Below the pieces are notes generated by a model, which was not told where the DNA came from, made no database searches, and saw only the letters and a program-made list of their open reading frames with translations. Shown here in pieces: positions 47,412-55,711 of a DNA stretch of 61,568 bases. Source of the DNA: a virus (taxonomy: Duplodnaviria; Caudoviricetes); the IMG/VR virus record IMGVR_UViG_3300030107_002736, positions 1 through 61,568 of that record; one strand, 5' to 3'. Positions within the stretch are counted from its first letter, which is position 1. Each line of letters opens with the position of its first letter. The position numbers and the translations under genes were made by a program.

Positions 47412-47957
47412 TCTCTACAGCTGACGCAATACCACGGGGTGCGCTCGACTGGGGATGTCAAGGGCAAGAGATTCCAGTGTCGCATACTTGCGACCGAATC
47501 TCTTGGGCCGAAGGCCTAGCACCCTTGATATTCCTCGTTTTCGGCAGTTATAAACAAAGGCTTCGCGTAAGCGCGAAGTCCTCATTGCACTTAGAACTTA
47601 GAACAATGGTTTGTTCTAGGTTCTTATGTGCAATACGAAAACCGTGCACCGTGATATTGGAAAGCTGTAGAGAGCATTGGTAGCTTTCTTTAGAGTGCAG
47701 ACCTTGAACGCGAAGCCAAGGTCGGCAGAGTCAGTTGACTATCCTTCTAGGTTTGGTCCTACAGTGTCTAGTCCCTAGTAGATTGAAGTTAACTTAGGTA
47801 TCTAGACTGTCAGGACCAAACCAATAAACAAAAGTTAGTTGACTGACGCCTCTCTAAAGAAAGCCTTGCCGGTACAAAGAAAAGGGTAGATCGACGCTTG
47901 TTACTACATGGCCGAACTTTTCTTTGCTGAGTTTTTAGCCTCGGGGTAAAAACTCAG
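47412..47957 (+). ncRNA. Large multi-domain structured element (ncRNA or folded ssDNA)
   Basis: At least 12 nested helices of 7-22 bp, with non-Watson-Crick pairs mostly G-T on the + strand. Confidence 0.6.
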
Positions 47958-48038
47958 GGGTTGGGTGGACAGATGGGGAAGGGAAGTGCTGGGTGGGGCT
48001 GTGTGCTGTTGCTACTGTGATTGTGGTTAGGCTGTTCA

Positions 48039-48102
48039 GTAAACAGATGGACGACCCCTAGTGGGGGGGAACCCCCCTCTTTGGGGTTGGCCGTCTGTTT
48101 AC
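48039..48102 (+). other. Long GC-rich hairpin with GAA triloop (pac/ori candidate)
   Basis: GTAAACAGATGG/CCGTCTGTTTAC, CGACCCC/GGGGTTG and GGGGGG-GAA-CCCCCC. Confidence 0.55.
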
Positions 48103-48178
48103 ATATAAACAGTGTTTTGCACATCCTACCACCAATTTTTGATAATGTCACGGCCCCGTCTAGTCTTTGTCACATGGC

Positions 48179-48270
48179 CTAGTATTATCTATATAGATTT
48201 ACTAGGTTCTTTTAGATAGGTAATTACTATAGATATTATTTATAGTACTATACTATAGATACTATATAGA
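48179..48270. repeat. AT-rich patch with TACTATAGATA / CTATATAG repeats (origin-like)
   Basis: TACTATAGATA at 48225 and 48251; much lower GC than the flanks. Confidence 0.55.
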
Positions 48271-48278
48271 GGGGCCCC

Positions 48279-48401
48279 GTGAAGATAAAAGTTTTTGGTG
48301 CAATACTGGTTTTACTAACCCTTTTTTCGTGCGCTACGAACACGGGCACCTGTTGGGAGGGCCTTGATCGGATTGACCCGGAGTGCCCATATGAGTCATG
48401 A
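48279..48401 (+). CDS. Small 40-aa lipoprotein (not in the ORF track)
   Basis: MKIKVFGAILVLLTLFSC-ATNTGTCWEGLDRIDPECPYES; GAGGGG RBS, GTG start, LFSC lipobox. Confidence 0.6.
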   Translation: MKIKVFGAILVLLTLFSCATNTGTCWEGLDRIDPECPYES

Positions 48402-48810
48402 GGAGGATAAGGGTCCTGCGCCTATCACAATGGACGACCTGGCGTATATCTTACCCAGGGCGGTAGAAGCGTATCGGGCTGCTGCGATTCGTGACAGGCC
48501 TAAACAAGTGGGGTATATTGCGATGAACATGACCCCTGAAGAAGTGGTGGAAAGATTTCCTGATTTCTTTTGCTTATATTCCGAGGGTAAGCTACAATTC
48601 ATCGGTGAAACAGCAGAGGAAATCCTAGAGACCTACCTGACTGGGCTAGGTTATAAACGATGCAGCCAACAATGGTTTGAGCTTGCGCATGTGGTCGTGA
48701 ACATGGCCGCCGAAGAAGGGAGAGATATTGAGTCAATCGTCAAAGAAGTCCGACCAACCAGAACAAACAAAAACAGAGCGCGAAACAGCAAGCCACCTAA
48801 GGTACCTTGA
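48391..48810 (+). CDS. Hypothetical protein
   Basis: Likely start MSHEEDKG at 48391. Confidence 0.55.
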   Translation: MSHEEDKGPAPITMDDLAYILPRAVEAYRAAAIRDRPKQVGYIAMNMTPEEVVERFPDFFCLYSEGKLQFIGETAEEILETYLTGLGYKRCSQQWFELAHVVVNMAAEEGRDIESIVKEVRPTRTNKNRARNSKPPKVP

Positions 48811-48961
48811 TCGCCTCAAGCACTCTGAAAAGCTTCGCCTGTATGCCCAACTCCTGCTCTCATCACAAAGGGCACAAATAAAAAACTATCATGCGAAGTC
48901 AGAAGCCCTCAGAAAAGATGCCGAGGAAATACTTTTGTACTTTCAAAAGCATGTAGACTGA
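48728..48961 (+). CDS. Hypothetical protein
   Basis: Its stop overlaps the terL ATG. Confidence 0.45.
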   Translation: MSQSSKKSDQPEQTKTERETASHLRYLDRLKHSEKLRLYAQLLLSSQRAQIKNYHAKSEALRKDAEEILLYFQKHVD

Positions 48962-50454
48962 TGACCCTGGATATGGCCGCTATTGCGGCAACCATTCGTT
49001 CGCTTCCACCAGACCAACAAAGGGAAGCAATCGAAGTCATTGAGTTGATTAACGAGGTTAAACGTAGAGAGGCATCGGAGAAGGACTTTCTTTCGTTTGT
49101 AAAAGAAGTTTGGCCTGCCTTTATTGAGGGCGAGCATCACAAGATTATGTCCGATGCGTTTAATCGGATTGCTGATGGGACCCTGAAACGGCTTATTGTT
49201 AATATGCCGCCACGACATACTAAGTCAGAGTTTGCGTCTCATCTTTTTCCCGCCTGGTATCTGGGAAGGTTTCCAGATAAAAAAGTCATCCAGACAGCAC
49301 ACACCGCAGAGCTTGCTGTTGGGTTCGGTCGTAAGGTTCGTAACTTGGTAGGTTCAGAAGTCTATCAAAAAATATTTCACGACGTTTCGCTTAGCTCAGA
49401 CTCCAAGGCTGCGGGACGTTGGAGCACCAACAGAAAAGGTGAGTACTTCGCTATTGGTGTTGGCGGTGCTGTTACAGGTAAGGGTGCCGACATTTTAATC
49501 GTAGATGATCCTCACTCAGAGCAGGAAGCTGCACTTAACGACCCTTCCGTGTACGACAAGACGTATGAGTGGTACACCTCTGGTCCTCGTCAGAGATTAC
49601 AGCCTGGTGGGGCGATTTGTCTGGTAATGACTCGCTGGTCCAAGAAAGACCTGACGGGAAGCATTATTAAAGCATCAATTGAGCGTGGTGGCGCAGACGA
49701 GTGGGAGGTTATTGAGTTTCCTGCCATACTTCCGAGCGGAAGACCGTTGTGGCCTGGGTTCTGGCCAATTGATCAGCTTGAGGCTTTGAAAGCAGAACTG
49801 CCGGTTAGCAAGTGGAGCGCCCAGTACCAGCAGGACCCCACGTCAGAACAGGCAGCTATCATCAAGCGTGAGTGGTGGAACGAGTGGACAAAGAAAAGTC
49901 CGCCACCGTGCGACTTCGTTATTCAGTCCTGGGACACGGCATTCCTTGCAAAGGAAACAGCAGACTACAGTGCCTGTACAACATGGGGTGTGTTCAACGA
50001 CGAAGACGGTGTATCAAACATTATTTTGCTTGATGCTCTTCAGGAACGCCTGGAGTTCCCAGACTTAAAGCAACGTGCCTATGAGATGTATAAGCAATAC
50101 GAACCAGACGCCTTTATCGTGGAAGCAAAAGCTGCTGGGACTCCACTGATTTTTGAATTGAGGAGGATGGGTATTCCGGTGGGAGAATACACACCCAGTC
50201 GAGGCAAAGATAAAATTGCTCGCGTAAATGCAATTTCCGATCTATTTTCCTCCGGTCACGTCTGGGCACCAAAAACAAGGTGGGCAGAGCTGGTTATGGA
50301 AGAGTTTGCTGCTTTTCCCACCGGCGACCACGACGACCTTGTGGACTCATCTACACAGGCACTGATGAGATTTCGTCAGGGTGGCTTTATCAGGATAGCA
50401 AGTGATGAAGAAGATGAAGAGTTGTTACCAATGAGAAAAGCTGATTATTACTGA
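48961..50454 (+). CDS. terL: Terminase large subunit
   Basis: NMPPRHTKS (Walker A), LIVDDPH (Walker B), MTRW, SWDTA and HDDLVDS nuclease motifs. Confidence 0.95.
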   Translation: MTLDMAAIAATIRSLPPDQQREAIEVIELINEVKRREASEKDFLSFVKEVWPAFIEGEHHKIMSDAFNRIADGTLKRLIVNMPPRHTKSEFASHLFPAWYLGRFPDKKVIQTAHTAELAVGFGRKVRNLVGSEVYQKIFHDVSLSSDSKAAGRWSTNRKGEYFAIGVGGAVTGKGADILIVDDPHSEQEAALNDPSVYDKTYEWYTSGPRQRLQPGGAICLVMTRWSKKDLTGSIIKASIERGGADEWEVIEFPAILPSGRPLWPGFWPIDQLEALKAELPVSKWSAQYQQDPTSEQAAIIKREWWNEWTKKSPPPCDFVIQSWDTAFLAKETADYSACTTWGVFNDEDGVSNIILLDALQERLEFPDLKQRAYEMYKQYEPDAFIVEAKAAGTPLIFELRRMGIPVGEYTPSRGKDKIARVNAISDLFSSGHVWAPKTRWAELVMEEFAAFPTGDHDDLVDSSTQALMRFRQGGFIRIASDEEDEELLPMRKADYY

Positions 50455-51335
50455 TGGACGAAGAAAGTTTCCTTGACCGGATAGACAGACTTTTGTCGCC
50501 GGAAACCCCAGAAGAAATAGCTCGTGATTTTGCTATGGGGGCCCACCCCGTGACAGGAACAGCTATGGATGCCGGAAACTTTCTTATGGGTATACGGAAC
50601 AGGGATGTTCCACGAGCGGGAATTAGTGCCCTTGCTGCACTCCTGCCGTTTGTTGGAGCGGGAACCCTTAGGCGGGTTGGTGAGGGTGCTGCTAGAAAGT
50701 TTATCGGAAAACAGCCTCCTCAGGTAAAGAGGCCAAGAGGTATTAAAAGCATAAGGTCCGATGCTAGGGAGAGCCCTTGGGACCCCGATCCATATGCGGA
50801 ATTTAATTTCTGGGACGATTACGACTCATACCCTCTCGACATGAGACCGTACCGGCACAATGTAACATATTTAGACTCTGGTAACAGGCCGGGGGGCTGG
50901 CCGAGGGAGTCTGAGTTTGAATTCTATACTAAACCGACCCACGTAGGGGACGAGTATGTTCGTCGCACCAGGCGCGGTTCTGACCAGCTAGAGATGTTTC
51001 CAGAAGTTGATTTAGAAGTAGAGATACCTCCTACACACACCTCAGTTGGTAGAAGTGGCATAAGAAGCTTGGGGCGAGCCGTAATAGAAGATTTTGAAAA
51101 AACACATCAGGGGCTGCTTAATGTTGGTAGCCTTAGCGGCGTGAGAGTAACCGGCACTCGTGGGACAGGAAATCTCTCAACTGATAAAATAATAAGTATG
51201 TTGCCGGAAAAAATAAGAAGAACAATGCCTAACGCCGTGAACCAACAAGAGCAATTTTCTAGCTGGATGGAAGAGGTCGCCATACCGTACATTGAACATA
51301 ATATGTCCCTTCCTCGAAGTTTTTTCTTTAAATAA
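50454..51335 (+). CDS. Head-module insert with a pre-toxin-like N-terminal helical hairpin
   Basis: PVTGTAMDAGNFL...AGISALAALLPFVG resembles PT-TG-type segments; C-terminus unrecognised. Confidence 0.5.
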   Translation: MDEESFLDRIDRLLSPETPEEIARDFAMGAHPVTGTAMDAGNFLMGIRNRDVPRAGISALAALLPFVGAGTLRRVGEGAARKFIGKQPPQVKRPRGIKSIRSDARESPWDPDPYAEFNFWDDYDSYPLDMRPYRHNVTYLDSGNRPGGWPRESEFEFYTKPTHVGDEYVRRTRRGSDQLEMFPEVDLEVEIPPTHTSVGRSGIRSLGRAVIEDFEKTHQGLLNVGSLSGVRVTGTRGTGNLSTDKIISMLPEKIRRTMPNAVNQQEQFSSWMEEVAIPYIEHNMSLPRSFFFK

Positions 51336-51345
51336 ATATTAAGAG

Positions 51346-51374
51346 TTGACTAATACACAGAATCTCTCCATTCT
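51346..51374 (+). promoter_or_regulatory. Putative portal/head operon promoter
   Basis: TTGACT-17 nt-CATTCT with an AT-rich UP region. Confidence 0.45.
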
Positions 51375-51406
51375 GTATATTGGCTTATCGCGCAGAGGAA
51401 TGTTTT

Positions 51407-53878
51407 GTGGCAATAGACAAGTCTATCGAACCTCTTTTCAACCAAGATGATTTTGAGATGGGTCCCGAGGGGCTCACTGTGGTTGAAGAAATGGGTGCAC
51501 CCGACGACTCACTCGTTACCGAAATGGATGACGGTAGCGTTGTAGTTGACTTTGACCCTCTGGCAGATTTGCTGGAAAACCAGGACGAGTTTTCGTCAAA
51601 CCTTGCTGAATTTGTTGAGGAGGGTGAACTCAACACATTGGCGTCTGATCTTGTTTCAAAGTTTGAATCTGACAAGAGTAGCCGGGGCGACTGGGAAGAC
51701 ACATACGAGCAAGGCTTAGACCAATTAGGTCTTGAAATTGAAGAGCGTACACAGCCATGGGCTGGAGCCTGCGGGGTCTTTCACCCCATGCTGTCTGAAG
51801 CCGTAGTTCGATTCCAAAGTCAAACTATTCAGGAAATCATGCCTGCGCAGGGTCCCGTTAAGACTCATGTGTGGGGCAAGTTCACCCCTGAGAGACAGGC
51901 ACAGGCAAAGCGTGTTCAAGAGTACATGAACTATCAGCTTATTGAGGTTATGACTGAGTACAGGTCAGAGACCGAAAAGCTGTTGTTTAGCTTGCCGCTT
52001 GCAGGTAGCGCGTTTCGCAAGATCTACTTTGACCCATCGCTTGGCAGGCCAACGTCAATGTTTGTGCCTGCAGAAGATTTTGTAGTAGCGTACAATGAGT
52101 CGGAGCTAGAGCAGGCAGAGCGTTATACCCATGTAATGAATCGAAGCACCAACCAGATTAAGAAGTTGCAGGTTAGTGGTTTTTACAGAGATGTAGAACT
52201 CACGCCCTCCAACATCGAAGAAAACGCAATTACAGACAAACTCAATGAAATTGGAGGCGTAAGGCCGTCCTACGAGACGGATGAACGGCACCAGCTTCTT
52301 GAGATGCACGTTGATGTTGACCTGCCCGGATACGAAGATCCTGACGGCGTTGCGCTGCCCTATGTAATTACAATCGACAAGGGCAGCAACACGATTCTTT
52401 CGATCTACCGAAACTGGTCAGAGGACGATCCACACAGGATTAAAAAACAACACTTTGTCCACTACGGGTATGTTCCTGGCATTGGGTTCTACAACCTTGG
52501 CCTGATTCATATGATTGGTGGACTAGCCAAGTCCGCGACCAGCCTGCTTAGACAGCTGGTGGACGCGGGCACACTATCCAATTTGCCCGGAGGATTAAAG
52601 ACTCGTGGACTCAGAATTAAAGGTGACGACACCCCCATTATGCCAGGGGAGTTTAGGGATGTTGATGTGCCTGGCGGGGCTATTCGTGACAACATCACCT
52701 TCCTTCCTTATAAGGAACCTTCTTCGGTCCTTTACCAGTTACTGGGCAACATTGTAGAAGAAGGCCGTCGATTTGCTTCGATGGCTGACATGAAGATTGC
52801 TGACATGAATCAAGAGGCTCCGGTCGGCACAACGCTTGCGATCATGGAACGTGCCATGAAAGTGCAAAGCGCGATTCAGGCACGGATACACGCCAGCCTT
52901 AAGCAAGAGTACAAGATTCTTGCAGAAATTATTAGCGATTATACAGATCCGGCATATCCCTACGAGACCGACGAAGGTGAGGCGATTAAGGCCGAGGATT
53001 TTGATGATCGCATTGATGTGATTCCTGTGTCAGATCCAAACGCCTCCTCAATGGCGCAAAGGATTATGCAATACCAAGCAGCCCTGCAATTAGCTGCGCA
53101 GGCACCGGGCCTGTACGATATGCCATTGCTTCATAGGCAGATGATGGAGCTGATCGGTATTCCTAATGCTGACAAGGTTGTTCCAAATCAAGAGGAAGTG
53201 GAGCCGAAAGATCCGCTTACCGAAAACCAGAACATGCTTACCATGGCCCCGGTTAAAGCGTTTGAGTGGCAAGATCACGACGCGCATATGCGGGTGCACA
53301 TGGCACTTAAAAATGATCCGCAACTTGCCCAGGAAGTACAAAACAGTCCTGCGGGTGGGGGAATCAGTGGCGCACTAGATGCACACATCAGAGAACACTT
53401 AGCGTTTATTTTCCGCAAGCAAATAGAGGAAGAGCTTGGTATTCAGTTGCCGCCTGCAAGCGAAAGACTTCCAGAAAGACTAGAGGCAAAACTCAGCAGA
53501 CTTGTTGCGGATGCCTCAGACCAAATGATGGGCAAGAAGCAAGCCCAGCAGCAGGCAGAAATAAACGCACAACAGCAACAAGATCCAATTATACAAATGC
53601 GCGAACGCGAAGTTGCGACCCGCGAACAGGAAGTTCAGCGCAAGCAGGCCGCAGATATGGCCAAGCAGCAGCTTGATCAGCAGAAATTGCAGCTTGAACG
53701 TGAGAAAATTGCCAGCAAGGAGCGGATTGACATGGCAGAACTGACCTTAGAGGAGCAAGCACTGATACTCAAGGCTGAAATTGAGTCCGAAAAGAACGAT
53801 GCGGACATCCAGTTAAAGGGTTTTCAGCTTGGGCAGCAGCTTGGTAAAGATATAGAGGGTGGAAACGATGGCAGATGA
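51407..53878 (+). CDS. Portal protein (P22-like, long C-terminal coiled coil)
   Basis: Follows terL; PWAGACGVFHPMLSEAVVRFQ and GSAFRKIYFD; Q-rich barrel-like tail; GTG 51407 with a GAGGA RBS. Confidence 0.9.
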   Translation: MAIDKSIEPLFNQDDFEMGPEGLTVVEEMGAPDDSLVTEMDDGSVVVDFDPLADLLENQDEFSSNLAEFVEEGELNTLASDLVSKFESDKSSRGDWEDTYEQGLDQLGLEIEERTQPWAGACGVFHPMLSEAVVRFQSQTIQEIMPAQGPVKTHVWGKFTPERQAQAKRVQEYMNYQLIEVMTEYRSETEKLLFSLPLAGSAFRKIYFDPSLGRPTSMFVPAEDFVVAYNESELEQAERYTHVMNRSTNQIKKLQVSGFYRDVELTPSNIEENAITDKLNEIGGVRPSYETDERHQLLEMHVDVDLPGYEDPDGVALPYVITIDKGSNTILSIYRNWSEDDPHRIKKQHFVHYGYVPGIGFYNLGLIHMIGGLAKSATSLLRQLVDAGTLSNLPGGLKTRGLRIKGDDTPIMPGEFRDVDVPGGAIRDNITFLPYKEPSSVLYQLLGNIVEEGRRFASMADMKIADMNQEAPVGTTLAIMERAMKVQSAIQARIHASLKQEYKILAEIISDYTDPAYPYETDEGEAIKAEDFDDRIDVIPVSDPNASSMAQRIMQYQAALQLAAQAPGLYDMPLLHRQMMELIGIPNADKVVPNQEEVEPKDPLTENQNMLTMAPVKAFEWQDHDAHMRVHMALKNDPQLAQEVQNSPAGGGISGALDAHIREHLAFIFRKQIEEELGIQLPPASERLPERLEAKLSRLVADASDQMMGKKQAQQQAEINAQQQQDPIIQMREREVATREQEVQRKQAADMAKQQLDQQKLQLEREKIASKERIDMAELTLEEQALILKAEIESEKNDADIQLKGFQLGQQLGKDIEGGNDGR

Positions 53879-54056
53879 CGTATTGTCGCTGCTCAGAAAG
53901 AAAATTCGTGAACAAATGAATGAAATTGCCGACCAATTAGCCGTAGGAACGGCCTCAACCATGGAAGAATACCGCAAAATGTGCGGAATGATTGAGGGGT
54001 TGGCGTGGACAGAGCGCGAAATCCTTGATTTAGAGCAAAGATTAAGGGAAATGTAG
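53868..54056 (+). CDS. Small helical head-module protein
   Basis: EEYRKMCGMIEGL motif; lies between portal and GroES. Confidence 0.65.
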   Translation: MADDVLSLLRKKIREQMNEIADQLAVGTASTMEEYRKMCGMIEGLAWTEREILDLEQRLREM

Positions 54057-54057
54057 C

Positions 54058-54237
54058 GTGAAATGGCAATCTTTGGTCCAATTGGGCAAGTATTTTGGGG
54101 TTATCAAGCCAAAAGACGCTGATTCTTGGGTTGAAGACGAAAATCACGAAGATGAACTGCGGTTTCACTTTGAAATAGACGAAAACGGGGCCCTTTGGGC
54201 TGTTCCCGAGAACGAAAAAGAAGAACCTTCTAATTAG
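54058..54237 (+). CDS. Small acidic hypothetical protein (59 aa)
   Basis: GTG-start frame VKWQSLVQLGKYFG...EEPSN filling the gap. Confidence 0.4.
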   Translation: MKWQSLVQLGKYFGVIKPKDADSWVEDENHEDELRFHFEIDENGALWAVPENEKEEPSN

Positions 54238-54281
54238 AAGCGCAACGTCCGAAAGGATGCCACAATTCAACGAGAGGTCTA

Positions 54282-54680
54282 ATGACTACACTCGCGCAGG
54301 AAGTACAAGAGGACACTGTTGTCCCAAATGAAGAGCTTGGTCGCACAGCTTCACAGCTTCCCGAGCCTAAGGGGTACAAACTACTGATCGCCCTTCCCGA
54401 AATCGAAGAGATAACGGATGGCGGCATCATTAAGTCCCATCAGTCACAGCAAAACGAAGCAATTTCTACTGTTGTGGGATTTGTTCTTAAGTCAGGGCCC
54501 GATGCCTACTCAAGTTTTACCAGGTTTCCTAGTGGCCCTTACTGTAAAGAGGGAGACTGGGTTGTTTTCCGTGCGTTTAGCGGTACAAGAATCAAGATTC
54601 ACGGAAAAGAGTTTCGTTTAATCAATGATGACACTGTAGAGGCGGTCGTAGAAGACCCCAGAGGCGTGGAAAGGGCCTAA
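54282..54680 (+). CDS. groES: GroES-like co-chaperonin
   Basis: PKGYKLLI...TDGGII...VLKSGP...KEGDWVVF...LINDDTVEAVV. Confidence 0.85.
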   Translation: MTTLAQEVQEDTVVPNEELGRTASQLPEPKGYKLLIALPEIEEITDGGIIKSHQSQQNEAISTVVGFVLKSGPDAYSSFTRFPSGPYCKEGDWVVFRAFSGTRIKIHGKEFRLINDDTVEAVVEDPRGVERA

Positions 54681-54681
54681 A

Positions 54682-55710
54682 ATGAGCGAAGAAACCGGAA
54701 GGACCCCAGACGAAGAAAGGTTTTTGGGGGTAAGGACGACTATTGAGCCACCCGAGCCTGAGCAAAAACAGGCGGAGGAGGTTTGGGATGTTGAGGTCGT
54801 TGACGACCGCCCGGAAGTCGACAGAAGGTTTCCTGACCCGCTGAATGACAAAACAAAAGAGGCCATGGCGAAGGCCGCGCAGGAAGAAGACGAAGACGAA
54901 CTTGAAAGTTACGGCAACAAGGTTCAAAAAAGAATTAACAAGCTGAAACGTCAGCGACATGATGAGCGCAGGGCCAAAGAGGCTCTGGAGCGCATGAATA
55001 CAGAGGCAATTGGGTACAGCCAGGCGTTACAGACAGAAAACCAAAGACTGCTAAGACTTGTTCAGGATTCACAGTCTGCACTTACGCAACAGGCGCAGAG
55101 CAGGGCCCAAATAGCCCTAGCAAAAGCGGAAGAAAACTTTAAAAGGGCACATGAGGTCGGTGAAGCGGAGCTGATTGCAGAAGCGCAAAAGGATCTTACA
55201 CAAGCACAGCTTGCTCAAAACTGGGCCCCTCGTATCTCACAGGACATTGTAGAAAACTGGAAGAGACAGGTTCAGGCCGAAGAAAGGCAAATGGCCCAGG
55301 CTCAACCACAGCAACAGTATGCCCAAGAAGAGTATCAGCCTGACGAAAAAGCGGTTGCGTGGCAGCAAGAGAACGAATGGTTTGGTCAAGACGCCGAACT
55401 AACAAGCTTTGCATACGGAGTGCATAACAGACTTGTTAATGACGAAGGTGTTGACCCCGCGTCAGATGAATACTATCAATTAATAGATCAACGCATGAAA
55501 GAAGTCTTTCCTGCGCAATTCGGTGGAGGCAATACTGTTGCCGAAACTGCACCACGTCGCAAAGCAACACCCGTGGTAGCGCCCGCTTCACGAAACAGCG
55601 GTGCAACACCACGCAAGGTCACATTGACCGCAACACAAGTAAAACTCGCGGAACGCTTAGGCCTGACTGCGCAGCAATATGCTGCACAAGTCATGAAAGA
55701 GAGAAATTAA
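54682..55710 (+). CDS. Capsid scaffolding protein
   Basis: Acidic coiled coil, NEWFG and C-terminal AERLGLTAQQYA; upstream of the capsid gene. Confidence 0.7.
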   Translation: MSEETGRTPDEERFLGVRTTIEPPEPEQKQAEEVWDVEVVDDRPEVDRRFPDPLNDKTKEAMAKAAQEEDEDELESYGNKVQKRINKLKRQRHDERRAKEALERMNTEAIGYSQALQTENQRLLRLVQDSQSALTQQAQSRAQIALAKAEENFKRAHEVGEAELIAEAQKDLTQAQLAQNWAPRISQDIVENWKRQVQAEERQMAQAQPQQQYAQEEYQPDEKAVAWQQENEWFGQDAELTSFAYGVHNRLVNDEGVDPASDEYYQLIDQRMKEVFPAQFGGGNTVAETAPRRKATPVVAPASRNSGATPRKVTLTATQVKLAERLGLTAQQYAAQVMKERN

Positions 55711-55711
55711 A

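Noticed and set aside
47369-47485. N-terminal extension of the 367-aa ORF in the track
   Set aside because: It runs into the folded element, and ATG 47368 has the RBS.
46496-47683. 395-aa + strand ORF overlapping the orphan gene
   Set aside because: It is the codon-aligned antisense shadow. The - frame has an RBS, terminators and protein-like composition.
47412-47957. Group I/II intron, hammerhead or retron interpretation of the folded element
   Set aside because: It interrupts no gene, I saw no catalytic core motifs by eye, and I found no reverse transcriptase or maturase in the genome. An Rfam search is still needed.
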